The notes beneath the pieces are model-generated. The model was not told where the DNA came from. It saw only the letters and a program-made list of their open reading frames with translations, and ran no database searches. Positions 63,943 to 64,000 of a DNA stretch of 64,000 nucleotides are shown here, one piece after another. Location: IMG/VR virus record IMGVR_UViG_3300009176_000030, positions 6,379-70,378 of that record. The stretch is one strand, 5' to 3'. Made by a program: the position numbers and the translations under genes. The stretch is from a virus. How positions within the stretch are numbered: position 1 is the first letter of the stretch; the number at the start of each line of letters is the position of its first letter.

Positions 63943-64000
63943 TGCCGACTATCCGTATCGATACCCCGTACGGCCCGCTAGACGCGCACATCTACGCGGG

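Noticed and set aside
61816-63971. 15-bp repeat ATCGATACCCCGTAC at 61816 and 63957
   Set aside because: Only two copies in a compositionally biased region; no function can be supported

Overview
The whole window reads as part of a high-GC tailed dsDNA (siphovirus-like) phage genome. The host is uncertain; the GC content, a canonical parS and a lipoprotein RlpA-like gene fit an Actinomycetota or Chloroflexota host. Layout: (1) 1-12963 (+) is a tightly coupled DNA-metabolism/accessory operon: MoxR/CobS-type AAA plus CobT-like VWA pair, three HNH proteins, PD-(D/E)XK exonuclease, putative ssDNA-annealing protein, RusA, SLOG protein, RlpA-like protein. (2) 12960-51749 (-) is the morphogenesis and lysis operon: terS, terL, portal, a ~12 kb insert of accessory virion proteins and glycosyltransferases, protease, capsid, neck, tail with a -1 frameshifted chaperone, tape measure, paralogous tail proteins, two lysins and several holin-like genes. 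(3) 52061-58560 (-) holds helicase, primase-polymerase and an exonuclease-led operon. (4) 58662-64000 (+) holds small early-type genes around a non-coding control region. No integrase, tRNA or CRISPR was seen. Most notable: a six-gene glycan-building set, including a pyruvyltransferase, interleaved with Ser/Thr-rich virion proteins; a perfect chromosomal parS with no parA/parB in the window; a recurrent promoter-like motif TTGACA-N8-TAnnnT; a dispersed family of small SH3-like paralogs; and a CTAG-rich right end. All product calls come from motif recognition by eye, not database searches.
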